Source: a virus (taxonomy: Duplodnaviria > Caudoviricetes). Taken from it: 64,000 bases of DNA. This document shows, piece by piece, positions 8,626 through 17,580 of this stretch. The notes under the pieces were generated by a model, which worked only from the letters and a program-made list of their open reading frames with translations, searched no databases and had not been told where the DNA came from. The stretch is taken from the IMG/VR virus record IMGVR_UViG_2791355104_000001, one strand, 5' to 3'. Each line of letters begins with the position of its first letter. The first letter of the stretch is position 1. The translations under genes were made by a program, and so were the position numbers.

Positions 8626-9897
8626 ATGCTTGAAACACTATTAAACCAGTCTCTGGCGATGGACGCGAAATCAGCGCGCCTGTTGCTCGCCTCCTTAGCA
8701 GTAAAACAAAAAGGCGGCTTAAGTCTTTTTGATGAAAAAGGCGTTGTTGATACAGAGGGTAAACCTCGCGTTTCACAAACGCCCAGCGCTTACCATTCCA
8801 GTCATGGGGGTTACGCCAACAAGCCCTATTACTTGGTAGACGGCGTAGCGGTAATTCCGGTATCTGGCGCATTGATTCATAAGTTGGGATTTGTCAGTTC
8901 CTACATCTCCGGATACGACGCCATAGTCGCTATGTTCGATGCAGCCAATCAGGATCCAGACGTCAAAGGTATCCTGTTATCCATTAACTCACCTGGCGGC
9001 ACTGTCGCGGGTTGCTTCGACGCTTGCGACCACATCTTTGAAAATAAGCAAAAACCGTTATGGGCCATCTATGACGATATGGCCTGCAGCGCAGCAATGT
9101 GTATCGGTAGCGCAGCAGATAAACGCTTTACGACCCAGACCGCAATAAGTGGCTCTATCGGCGTGGTGCAAATCCATTCCAGTTACGAAGGAATGCTGAG
9201 CGAATACGGCATGGAAATTACCATGATTTATTCGGGCTCTCATAAAGTTGACGGCAACCCTTACAAAAATTTACCCGACGATGTTTATCAGCAATTCAAA
9301 TCCTCATGCGATGAGTTGCGCGAACAGTTTGCTGGAAAAGTTTCTCGCAATATCGGCCTTTCGCTCGATGAAGTTTTAGCAACGGAAGCGCTTTCCTATA
9401 CCGGCCAAGCTGCTGTCGATGCTGGCTTGGCTGATGAGGTGATTAATTCCCACAACATTCTTACCCATTTCACACAACACCTGTCCGGCACGGACAGTCA
9501 ACAACAGCGGAGCATCACAATGAGTGAGCAAGCAACCCCAGCGGCAGACGAGACGGTAAGTGCCGGACCTGAAGCCCAACAGCAAGCAAGCCCGGCAGCG
9601 TCAGCCCCAGCGGTTGACCAAAAACAGCGTTGCGCTGCCATCCTTAAAGCCCCTGAAGCCGAAGGCCGTTCTGATTTAGCTCAGCATCTCGCTTTTAACA
9701 CCGATTTATCTGCAGAAGATGCAGTCGCGGTAATGAAGGCATCGCCTGAAAGCAAATCCGCCGCCCAAGGCAACGCGCTTGATATCGCAATGAGCGCCAC
9801 AGAACAGCCTGGCATTGGCGCAATTGCAGAAGCCGAAGAGGAATCCGAGGCCGCCAAATATATTGCAGCCTATAACAAATCTGTTGGAGTTAAGTAA
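8626..9897 (+). CDS. Head maturation protease (S49, gpC-like)
   Basis: INSPGG, MACSAA, GSIGVV S49 motifs. Confidence 0.92.
   Translation: MLETLLNQSLAMDAKSARLLLASLAVKQKGGLSLFDEKGVVDTEGKPRVSQTPSAYHSSHGGYANKPYYLVDGVAVIPVSGALIHKLGFVSSYISGYDAIVAMFDAANQDPDVKGILLSINSPGGTVAGCFDACDHIFENKQKPLWAIYDDMACSAAMCIGSAADKRFTTQTAISGSIGVVQIHSSYEGMLSEYGMEITMIYSGSHKVDGNPYKNLPDDVYQQFKSSCDELREQFAGKVSRNIGLSLDEVLATEALSYTGQAAVDAGLADEVINSHNILTHFTQHLSGTDSQQQRSITMSEQATPAADETVSAGPEAQQQASPAASAPAVDQKQRCAAILKAPEAEGRSDLAQHLAFNTDLSAEDAVAVMKASPESKSAAQGNALDIAMSATEQPGIGAIAEAEEESEAAKYIAAYNKSVGVK
9520..9897 (+). CDS. Nested in-frame scaffold protein (Nu3-like)
   Basis: In-frame ATG at 9520 with GGAG at 9509-9512; Ala/Glu/Gln-rich product, as with lambda Nu3 inside gene C. 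Confidence 0.7.
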   Translation: MSEQATPAADETVSAGPEAQQQASPAASAPAVDQKQRCAAILKAPEAEGRSDLAQHLAFNTDLSAEDAVAVMKASPESKSAAQGNALDIAMSATEQPGIGAIAEAEEESEAAKYIAAYNKSVGVK

Positions 9898-10256
9898 TGT
9901 TTACCGAAACCTATGATTATGAAGATGTCACAAGTGGCAGCGATCAGATTGCCACTACCTCAGTTACCATCGCGTCTGGCCAAAACCTTGCGGCTTTCAC
10001 GCCTATTGGGCAGGTTACCTCGTCAGGTAAATATGTCGAAACCGATACTGCCGCCACTAACGGAAGCCAGAAGGCTGTATACATTACGCCCCAGGCAATC
10101 GATGCAAGCGCGGGTGACGTGACTTGTCAAGTTTTTAAAGCTGGCACGTTTGATCCTTCCATGCTCGCTTGGCATGCAAGCTTTACCGACACAACCAAGT
10201 CGCTGGCATTTGTCGGCACCCCGATCAGCTTGCAGACCAAAGCTGCTAAACTTTAA
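9897..10256 (+). CDS. Head decoration protein (gpD-like)
   Basis: 119 aa between protease and major capsid; YKAGTF-like motif (FKAGTFDP). Confidence 0.85.
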   Translation: MFTETYDYEDVTSGSDQIATTSVTIASGQNLAAFTPIGQVTSSGKYVETDTAATNGSQKAVYITPQAIDASAGDVTCQVFKAGTFDPSMLAWHASFTDTTKSLAFVGTPISLQTKAAKL

Positions 10257-10267
10257 GGAGCAAACAC

Positions 10268-11299
10268 ATGTTTAATGCAGTTAGCACTAGCACTATGCTA
10301 GAAATCGTACAGACGGTAGGCAAGTTTGAGTCATTCTTCTTGTCTCTGTTTTTCCCAAGCGTGATCACGTTTGATGATGAATATATCCATTTCGACAAAG
10401 TTTCCGAAGACGTTGTTATGGCGCCGTTCGTTTCTCCTGTCGTTGCCGGCAAAGTTCACAAAGAGCGTGGTGGAGAGCTTAAAACCTTTAAACCCGCCTA
10501 CTTAAAGCCCAAGCATGCCATTAAGCCCGGTCAGTTGCTCAAGCGTCGGCCTGGTGAAGCCTTTCTTGGCTCCATGTCTCCAGCGCAACGTAAAATGGCG
10601 GCACTGACCGACAATCTTGTTCGCCAAGACAAAGCGATCACCTATCGTGAAGAGTGGATGGCGGCGCAAGCCGTATTAACTGGAAAGGTCCTTGTGAAGG
10701 GTGAAGACTACCCAGATCAGGAAGTTGACTTTGGTCGCTCCGCTGGCAACAACATTGCCCTTTCTGGCGCTGCAAAGTGGGATACTGTGGACCCTGCCAC
10801 TTACGACCCTACCGATGACATCACTAACTGGGCGGAGAATGCGACAGGCTCTGTCGGTCTTATCGTGATGGGTAAGGGCGCATGGACTAAATTTAGTTCA
10901 TTTAAATCAGTAAAAGAGAAGTTGGATACGCTTCGTGGTAGCTCTTCTCAAATGGAAACAGCCACAAAAGACTTAGGCATGGTAACAAGCTTTAAGGGTT
11001 ACTTTGGTGACGTAGAAATCTGGGTTTATACCGGTCAATACACCGACCCAGAAACGAATGAGAAAGAATACTACATGCCTGCCAACAAGATATTGATGGG
11101 CAATGCTGCTTATTCTGGCGTCCGGGCGTATGGCGCCATTCACGATGTGAAAGCGAATGACGAAGGCGTTGTTGCCGCGTCTCGCTGGCCGAAAACGTGG
11201 GCGCAGGACGATCCCTCGGTTGAATACGTGATGACGCAATCAGCACCGCTGATGATCACGCCAGACCCAGATGCTTTCGTGTCTGTTACTGTCTTTTAA
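10268..11299 (+). CDS. Major capsid protein (gpE family)
   Basis: MAPFVSPVVAG, FKPAYLKPKH, REEWMAAQ, MTQSAPLM motifs. Confidence 0.95.
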   Translation: MFNAVSTSTMLEIVQTVGKFESFFLSLFFPSVITFDDEYIHFDKVSEDVVMAPFVSPVVAGKVHKERGGELKTFKPAYLKPKHAIKPGQLLKRRPGEAFLGSMSPAQRKMAALTDNLVRQDKAITYREEWMAAQAVLTGKVLVKGEDYPDQEVDFGRSAGNNIALSGAAKWDTVDPATYDPTDDITNWAENATGSVGLIVMGKGAWTKFSSFKSVKEKLDTLRGSSSQMETATKDLGMVTSFKGYFGDVEIWVYTGQYTDPETNEKEYYMPANKILMGNAAYSGVRAYGAIHDVKANDEGVVAASRWPKTWAQDDPSVEYVMTQSAPLMITPDPDAFVSVTVF

Positions 11300-11302
11300 T
11301 CT

Positions 11303-11324
11303 GAGGGGCTAACGCCCCTCTTTA
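11303..11324 (+). terminator. Intrinsic terminator/attenuator after capsid gene
   Basis: GAGGGG-CTAACG-CCCCTC followed by T-rich sequence. Confidence 0.6.
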
Positions 11325-11339
11325 TTTTTAGGAGTCACC

Positions 11340-11504
11340 ATGTCCAGTGCAAAGCCTCAGACAGAGAAAAAAGCATCTGCCAAAAAGGTAGAGCTACTAT
11401 TTACTGTGCAAGTTAAACCCGGTGAAGATCCATTGACGCCAGGCGAGCACAATCTTGATGCAGATTTAGCTGACGCCCTTATCAAAGATAAATTGGCTAA
11501 ATAG
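11340..11504 (+). CDS. 54-aa protein in the gpFI position (absent from the ORF track)
   Basis: AGGAG RBS at 11330-11334; MSSAKPQTEKK...LIKDKLAK; stop 2 nt before the next ATG. Confidence 0.7.
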   Translation: MSSAKPQTEKKASAKKVELLFTVQVKPGEDPLTPGEHNLDADLADALIKDKLAK

Positions 11505-11506
11505 CC

Positions 11507-11794
11507 ATGTCGTTTGAAAGTATTCTCAACCAAGCAGCGCAAGACTGCATTGATTGCCTAGGTGAAGAAGAAAACATCATCGTTAGCGGCGTAACGGTGC
11601 AGGCTATCTTTAGCGATACCGAGTTTGAAGGCGAAACCGGCGTTGAGCGAATGACAGTGATTACAGTGAAAAACGCCGATGCTAAATTCTTCCGCCGTGG
11701 CGATACGCTGCTGGTGAGAGATCGAAATTACACTATCGAGCGAATACCCACCACAGCAGAGCCGCTAATCGATATTGAGGTGAAAAGTGCATAG
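11507..11794 (+). CDS. Head-tail joining/closure protein (FII position)
   Basis: Size, synteny and GDTLLVRDRNYTIERI beta-rich motif. Confidence 0.65.
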   Translation: MSFESILNQAAQDCIDCLGEEENIIVSGVTVQAIFSDTEFEGETGVERMTVITVKNADAKFFRRGDTLLVRDRNYTIERIPTTAEPLIDIEVKSA

Positions 11795-12221
11795 AGCCGG
11801 TGAGATTGTCACAACGATTTTTGATGCCCTTCAACCACTTTTGGAAGATGGCCCCACACTCGATGTGCAGCGCAACTCTTCACGCCTACCGTATGACCAT
11901 CCGGCTGTTGTTGTGCGCATGGGGCAGGACTTGCCAGATTCAGTCGGTACCCATTTCATCGATTGGGACCTGGTTGTGCATACCGATATCCTAACCCGAA
12001 GTAACACGACCAGCCTGGATGAAGAAGCGTTAAATATTCGCAACCAAATTCACGTGCTACTTATGGCTAATCCCGACCTGAATCTTGCTTACGTGCAAAG
12101 CATTACGCCGTTGGGTCAGTCAGAACCTGAATATTCTGGTGATGGCGATAAATACACGATGGCCGTTCGCCAGTCGTGGCAAGTGAAGTACCGCACTAGC
12201 ATTAACGACCCTTCGCAGTAA
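11787..12221 (+). CDS. Tail terminator protein (gpU-like)
   Basis: Position before the tail tube gene; 144 aa. Confidence 0.6.
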   Translation: MHRAGEIVTTIFDALQPLLEDGPTLDVQRNSSRLPYDHPAVVVRMGQDLPDSVGTHFIDWDLVVHTDILTRSNTTSLDEEALNIRNQIHVLLMANPDLNLAYVQSITPLGQSEPEYSGDGDKYTMAVRQSWQVKYRTSINDPSQ

Positions 12222-12242
12222 GGTCGAACAGAATTTAAACAC

Positions 12243-12265
12243 AAACCCGCTTCGGCGGGTTTTTT
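12243..12265 (+). terminator. Intrinsic terminator
   Basis: AAACCCGC-TTCG-GCGGGTTT plus T-run. Confidence 0.75.
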
Positions 12266-12283
12266 ATTGCCCGGTGAAAAATT

Positions 12284-12364
12284 ATGAACGCAAGAAAGAA
12301 AGTCGTCACCCGCAAAGGCGGAAGCAGAACCACCGAATCACCTAAGAAAAAAGAGGAAAAGTAA
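12284..12364 (+). CDS. 26-aa basic peptide translationally coupled to the tail tube gene
   Basis: MNARKKVVTRKGGSRTTESPKKKEEK; TAATG overlap with the start at 12364. Confidence 0.45.
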   Translation: MNARKKVVTRKGGSRTTESPKKKEEK

Positions 12365-13284
12365 TGCTGACTACTCGAGAAGCGATTGCTTTAAAAATTG
12401 AAAGTACGCCGGGTACTGAGTCAGCGCCTGATCCACTGGTTGACTCAATATTGGTATCTGCCGTTTCGATTTCTAATGAAGGGCTTCGGATGATAGAACG
12501 CCCGAACATCAAGCCTTCTATTGCCACTGATCAACAAATTTTCGGCGGCACAATGAAGAAGTTGAGCTTTACCGCTGAGTTAAAAGGGTCGGGGACGGCT
12601 GGCACTGCACCGGAAATAGGACAATCCCTTCGTGCCTGCGGACTATCTGAAACAATAGGTGCTGGCACAGTTACGTACGCCCCTGTTTCTGATGGCCATG
12701 AATCAGCCACGATTTATTACTACCAGGACGGACGCCTGTACAAGCTGTTGGGGTGCAAAGGTAATGTCACGTTGAATGCTGAGGCAGGCGCACTTGGCAC
12801 TGCACAATTCGAATTTACCGGACACGATGGTGGTTTAGCTGACGCTTTATTCCCTACATTGGCCTACAACAGCACGGTGCCTAAACCTTTCATCAAAGTG
12901 GCGTTCAAAATTGATGAGTATGGCGCCATCATCAACTCCCTTTCTCTGAATGCTGGCAATAACATCGTTATCAATGGCGATGTATCTAGCGATTGGGGGT
13001 TCGGTGATGTGGAAATTACGAAGCGAGATCCCAACGGCACCATCGACCCTCGCGCAGTCAGCCTTGCTACCAAAAATTTCTATACAGCATTCAAAGACGG
13101 TACCCGACTGGCACTGAGCACTGGTCCTGTGGGCAGCACAACCGGTAATCGCTATCAAATCGATGCCTCCATCGCTATCCGAGAACTCGCCCACGGTGAA
13201 CGTGAGCAGATCCGCACAGACGATTTGACGTTCGGTTGTCATGAGACAAACGGCGATGACGACTGGTCCATCACATTTAGTTAA
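12364..13284 (+). CDS. Major tail (tube) protein
   Basis: 306 aa, Gly/Thr-rich, position before chaperone and tape measure genes. Confidence 0.8.
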   Translation: MLTTREAIALKIESTPGTESAPDPLVDSILVSAVSISNEGLRMIERPNIKPSIATDQQIFGGTMKKLSFTAELKGSGTAGTAPEIGQSLRACGLSETIGAGTVTYAPVSDGHESATIYYYQDGRLYKLLGCKGNVTLNAEAGALGTAQFEFTGHDGGLADALFPTLAYNSTVPKPFIKVAFKIDEYGAIINSLSLNAGNNIVINGDVSSDWGFGDVEITKRDPNGTIDPRAVSLATKNFYTAFKDGTRLALSTGPVGSTTGNRYQIDASIAIRELAHGEREQIRTDDLTFGCHETNGDDDWSITFS

Positions 13285-13292
13285 GGAATCCC

Positions 13293-13589
13293 ATGCAAGC
13301 ACTAGCTAACGAAGTTTTTACACCCAAGGATCAAGAGGGCGCGCAGACGCCCAAAACCTACACCATTAAGGCATTGAAACCGCTTCAGTTAACCGAGGCG
13401 GTAACCGCTGGCATGGACTACACGCTGGGACGGTTCACCTTTTCGTTCCCTGCCATCATTACGCTGCTTAAATACGGTCTTGAAGATCAGAAGCTTATAG
13501 AGAGCATGCCAGCCGCACATCACGCGGTTGTTGCCAAAGCTATCTACGAGAAATCCAGTCTCGCGGATGAAGAAAGAAAAAACTCATAA
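13293..13589 (+). CDS. Tail assembly chaperone (gpG-like)
   Basis: Between tube and tape measure genes; ends just after the slippery heptamer A AAA AAC. Confidence 0.75.
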   Translation: MQALANEVFTPKDQEGAQTPKTYTIKALKPLQLTEAVTAGMDYTLGRFTFSFPAIITLLKYGLEDQKLIESMPAAHHAVVAKAIYEKSSLADEERKNS

Positions 13590-13882
13590 TCGCAGTTGAA
13601 GTCACTAAACACGCTAAAGACTACAACTGCGAAAGGTGCGCTTTTGGTCGGTATTGCAATGATTCCAACCCGGCACCTTACGAAAAATGGGAAATCCCCG
13701 AAATAGGTCTGTCGTCAAAGACCTGCCTACTTCCCATGATCACACATCAAAGCAACGAGCTCATCAAGCTTTACCACTTTTATCGCAAAGGCGTAATGGC
13801 AGTGGCGGGCGGTATTTACGATCAGCCAGTGAAGTACGTTGATGCAATGCAAATAATAGAAGCGCAGGTTAATAGTGAATAA
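13577..13882 (+). CDS. -1 frameshift extension of the chaperone (gpGT-like; fusion about 196 aa)
   Basis: -1 frame is open from the slippery site 13577-13583 to TAA at 13880-13882; ends ...AVAGGIYDQPVKYVDAMQIIEAQVNSE. Confidence 0.8.
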   Translation, partial: KKLIIAVEVTKHAKDYNCERCAFGRYCNDSNPAPYEKWEIPEIGLSSKTCLLPMITHQSNELIKLYHFYRKGVMAVAGGIYDQPVKYVDAMQIIEAQVNSE

Positions 13883-16361
13883 ATACGAATTTATCATTTC
13901 CGCTAAAGACAAAACTGCGCAAGCGTTTCAATCGATCCATTCTGGATTGTCTGGCGTCACGAATGCCGCCAAGGCTTCAGCTGCGGCGGTGGCTGGCGTG
14001 GCCGTATCATTTGGCGCACTGACCGTGAACGCTGTGCGAAACGCGAAAGAGCTTGACGCATTATCGAAAGTGGCGGGCTATGGCGTTGAAGAATTTCAGG
14101 CGCTTAGCTACGCGTTTGACCAGTTCAACATCAGTCAAGAAAAATTCGCTGATATTTCCAAGGACGTTCAGGACAAGCTAGGTGACTTTTTAGCAACTGG
14201 CGGCGGTGAATTCGCGGATTTCTTTGAAAAAGTAGCGCCTCAAGTCGGTTTAACCGCTGACGCTCTGAAAGACTTGTCCGGTACCGATGTGCTTATTGCT
14301 GTTAAAAAGGCAATGGACGATGCGAACGTAAGCGCGAAAGAGCAAGTCTTCTACATGGAGTCGATCGCTAACGACGCTACGTTGCTACTTCCTGCGCTGA
14401 AAAACAATGGAGAGGCAGTCCGCCGTTACGCTGAGGAGTTCCGCGGACTTAATGCCGCCATGAGCCAGTCTGAACTCAACACCATGAAAGAAGTGGCAAA
14501 CGATTTTGCTCGGGTTGAGGCGTCTCTAACTGGCGTTGGAAACAAAATTGCCTTTGAATTTTCACCGTACATACAAGCCGCAACGGATCTTCTGGTTGAT
14601 GCAACAAAAGAATCGAACGGATTTGCCAAGGAGATAAAGGAAGGTTTCGAAGCTGCCGAGGATATTATAATTACCACGGCGGGAGCTATTTCGATTGTCA
14701 CTAGCATAATGGGTGATGCTTATGATGGCTATCGTACCCTTCCGGGATGGATGCAAGAGATTGGACTAGCTGGTGCGTTCATCGGAGGCAAGAAAGGCCT
14801 GGCGGTTATTGCTGCAACAGGTAAAGCATTAGATGGCGTAAAAAACACAGCAGAGTGGCTTGCTGCATACACGACGGGGCAAATTTCGTTCGCTGAATGG
14901 ATATCTGCTGACAACGAGGAAGCTGCTCAGAAGCTTGATGAGCTAAAAGAAAGTCTGGCAGGTTTTGGCGAGCAAGCTAGCAATATGCCTGACGTCTCCT
15001 TCGGTGATACTGATTCTTGGTTTAATAATTTCTCTGCGCGAGTAGATAAATATAAGCAAAAGCGGAATGAAGTTTCTGGCGGCCCGGAAGATGAAAAAAA
15101 ACCTGCCCTTATCAATGTAACGAGAGCGGAAAGAGAAGCTAAACAGTTTTTAACTATCGTTGATCTCCTGAATGAAGTAAACGGCAATCCCATTCAGATC
15201 GATACTGAATTTTCCGGATTGGATAGCGCTTCAGATTGGTTGCCGAAAGACCTTAATATCAACCTGCCTGTTTCGGGTAGATTCGATTTTGACGACACAT
15301 TTAAATCATCAGCAGAGAATTATTGGGGGGATATTAACGACAACGGCTTCCTGAATTTGAAGCCCACCGTCGATTTAACAGAAGCATCCGCTGCCAACCA
15401 GTCACTTATTGACTCTGCCGCATCAACGTTTGAACAAATTCACGAAGAGCGCCTTCGCTTTGCTGGGCTTGATGAACAAATAGAAGAGGAACGTTATCAG
15501 CGCCAACTGACGCGGATGCAAGATGAAATAGCGCTGATAGAAAAGAAAGGGTTACTGACTCAGGAATTAGAAGAGGAATATCGTCAGGCTCAACTCGATG
15601 CAGAAGAAAATCATGCGTCGCGTATGCAGGAAATTAAAGGCGGGTTTTGGGAAAAGTGGCTAGAAGCGGCTGAAGAAAACCTGACAAATTTTGATGAGTT
15701 GTCGCAAGCCACGATAGAGACATTTTCGGGGCAGATGGGTAGTGCTCTGGAATCCGTGATGTTTGACTCTGAATCTACAGGCGACGCCATAAAAGGCATA
15801 ATTGAAGGTATGGCCAGAAGCACAGTTAGCGCGCTCGGAGCAATGGCCGCGCAATGGCTTGCCTATAAAGCCGTACAACTTTTAGTTGGAAAATCCACTG
15901 CGGTGGCAGGGGCTTCAGGTCTTGCGCTGAACGCGCAGGCATCTTCTTTGATGGCAGGCCTCAATGCGTTTACCAGCACTGCCGCCATCCCAATCGTAGG
16001 TCCATTTGCAGCCCCGGCAGCAATGGGTGCGGCACTCGCTGTAACTCAGCCAATGGCAGCAGCGATAGGGGGATTAGCCGCCTCTGCTGCGGTAGCGTCT
16101 TACGACGGCGGTGGCTATACCGGAGATGGGATACGCGCGGGCGGGCTTGATGGTAAAGGAGGTATGCTGGCAATGGTTCACCCCCAGGAGTACGTCACTG
16201 ATTTCACAAAAGGTCAGCGACTAGGTGCAACTTCAGGAATGTCCATTAGCGTTACTAATCACCTCGCAGGATCTTCCGACGATATCTACGCTGCACTTGA
16301 GCGCCAGCCAAAGCGGTTGAAGCGCATGCTCAACAAAATCAGCAACAGGCCCATAGCATGA
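13875..16361 (+). CDS. Tail tape measure protein
   Basis: 828 aa, Ala-rich and helical; C-terminal YDGGGYTGDG...AMVHPQEYV motif. Confidence 0.9.
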   Translation: MNKYEFIISAKDKTAQAFQSIHSGLSGVTNAAKASAAAVAGVAVSFGALTVNAVRNAKELDALSKVAGYGVEEFQALSYAFDQFNISQEKFADISKDVQDKLGDFLATGGGEFADFFEKVAPQVGLTADALKDLSGTDVLIAVKKAMDDANVSAKEQVFYMESIANDATLLLPALKNNGEAVRRYAEEFRGLNAAMSQSELNTMKEVANDFARVEASLTGVGNKIAFEFSPYIQAATDLLVDATKESNGFAKEIKEGFEAAEDIIITTAGAISIVTSIMGDAYDGYRTLPGWMQEIGLAGAFIGGKKGLAVIAATGKALDGVKNTAEWLAAYTTGQISFAEWISADNEEAAQKLDELKESLAGFGEQASNMPDVSFGDTDSWFNNFSARVDKYKQKRNEVSGGPEDEKKPALINVTRAEREAKQFLTIVDLLNEVNGNPIQIDTEFSGLDSASDWLPKDLNINLPVSGRFDFDDTFKSSAENYWGDINDNGFLNLKPTVDLTEASAANQSLIDSAASTFEQIHEERLRFAGLDEQIEEERYQRQLTRMQDEIALIEKKGLLTQELEEEYRQAQLDAEENHASRMQEIKGGFWEKWLEAAEENLTNFDELSQATIETFSGQMGSALESVMFDSESTGDAIKGIIEGMARSTVSALGAMAAQWLAYKAVQLLVGKSTAVAGASGLALNAQASSLMAGLNAFTSTAAIPIVGPFAAPAAMGAALAVTQPMAAAIGGLAASAAVASYDGGGYTGDGIRAGGLDGKGGMLAMVHPQEYVTDFTKGQRLGATSGMSISVTNHLAGSSDDIYAALERQPKRLKRMLNKISNRPIA

Positions 16362-16948
16362 CGTTCCCCGTTGATAAATTTTCTGATGCGTCGTTTGAGT
16401 TGGTTCCGGATACACGATTGCCCTCAGCGCGTCTTTTCCGGTACCGCTCAAAGGGCAGTAAAGATCCTTACTACATGATCTCATTAACCAGCTCTATGTT
16501 GGACTACGCCGAAGGTATGGGCGTGGCCGCAGTGATAGATAGTTACATGGGGGGCGAAGCTATCTTCCCGCTACCTAATCCATTTCCCGAAATAGCAAGT
16601 CACACAGGGCTAACTTTAGCCCAGGTAGTGCAGCGGGGTGCTCGTCAGATCGTTATTGCAGGATTGCCAACAAATCGCTCCAACGCAGTTCCAGCTGGTG
16701 ATTTTATCCAGATTTCAGGTTCTGAAAAGGCTTACCAGATTGCTATCGGAGATGACTCTGATTCGACTGGCCGTGCATTGGTGACGCTATCACAACCTGT
16801 CATACAAGCCTATTCCGCAAGTGCGCAAATTGCCTATGGCAAGCACGTAGAGTTTCAGGTCTGTGTTGAAGACCGCTCAAGCTGTGAAGTCAGCGCCAAG
16901 AATTCCAAATTTATCGTTCACGATGTCGAGCTAATAGAGCAACTATGA
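16358..16948 (+). CDS. Distal tail (Dit-like) protein
   Basis: Synteny after the tape measure gene; ATGA coupling. Confidence 0.6.
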   Translation: MTFPVDKFSDASFELVPDTRLPSARLFRYRSKGSKDPYYMISLTSSMLDYAEGMGVAAVIDSYMGGEAIFPLPNPFPEIASHTGLTLAQVVQRGARQIVIAGLPTNRSNAVPAGDFIQISGSEKAYQIAIGDDSDSTGRALVTLSQPVIQAYSASAQIAYGKHVEFQVCVEDRSSCEVSAKNSKFIVHDVELIEQL

Positions 16949-17577
16949 TCCCGCTTTCAACTTCTCAATTGGACCGCTTAAAGCGCCGCGCCAATCAGGG
17001 GCGCACGTCCATTTACCTGATAAAAATGAAGATAGCCGGCACTTGGTATCGCCTGACCGATGCAGACATGCCAATCACCTACAACTTTGAGGTGTATCAC
17101 CCGGGTTACCTGAACGGCGATGATATTGATGATTTTGAGACCACGTCGGACCCCAAAACGAACGACATTACTATACCGCTTGATGCTAATGAAAAAACGT
17201 TCGTGGCCTTATTTCTCGGCAGTGGTTGGATGAACGGTGAAGTGATTGTTTATGAGCATCACCGCGACGATGAAGGGGAAATATTTACCAAGAATGTTTA
17301 TCAGGGGTTGTTAGATGATTTCTCTATCAGCGAGGAAAAGCGCCAGATAGACGTCAATGCGGCGTCCATTTGGTCTGACTTCGAAAAAACTTCAGGAATT
17401 CGGACGAATACGGCCTCACAACAACGTTTCTATCCCGATGACACTGGCTTCAGGCACGTATCAAAAGCCCAACGAAAAATCTACTGGGGCAAAGAAGCGC
17501 CTATATCTCGAACCACGTATACCGGCGGGCGAGTCGACAAGCCTGTTGGTGCCAATCTACATTTTGCGGAAAAGTAA
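16945..17577 (+). CDS. Tail-tip/hub minor protein
   Basis: RLTDAD...RTNTASQQRFYPDDTGF resembles DUF2163/hub-type tail proteins; synteny. Confidence 0.6.
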   Translation: MIPLSTSQLDRLKRRANQGRTSIYLIKMKIAGTWYRLTDADMPITYNFEVYHPGYLNGDDIDDFETTSDPKTNDITIPLDANEKTFVALFLGSGWMNGEVIVYEHHRDDEGEIFTKNVYQGLLDDFSISEEKRQIDVNAASIWSDFEKTSGIRTNTASQQRFYPDDTGFRHVSKAQRKIYWGKEAPISRTTYTGGRVDKPVGANLHFAEK

Positions 17578-17580
17578 ATA

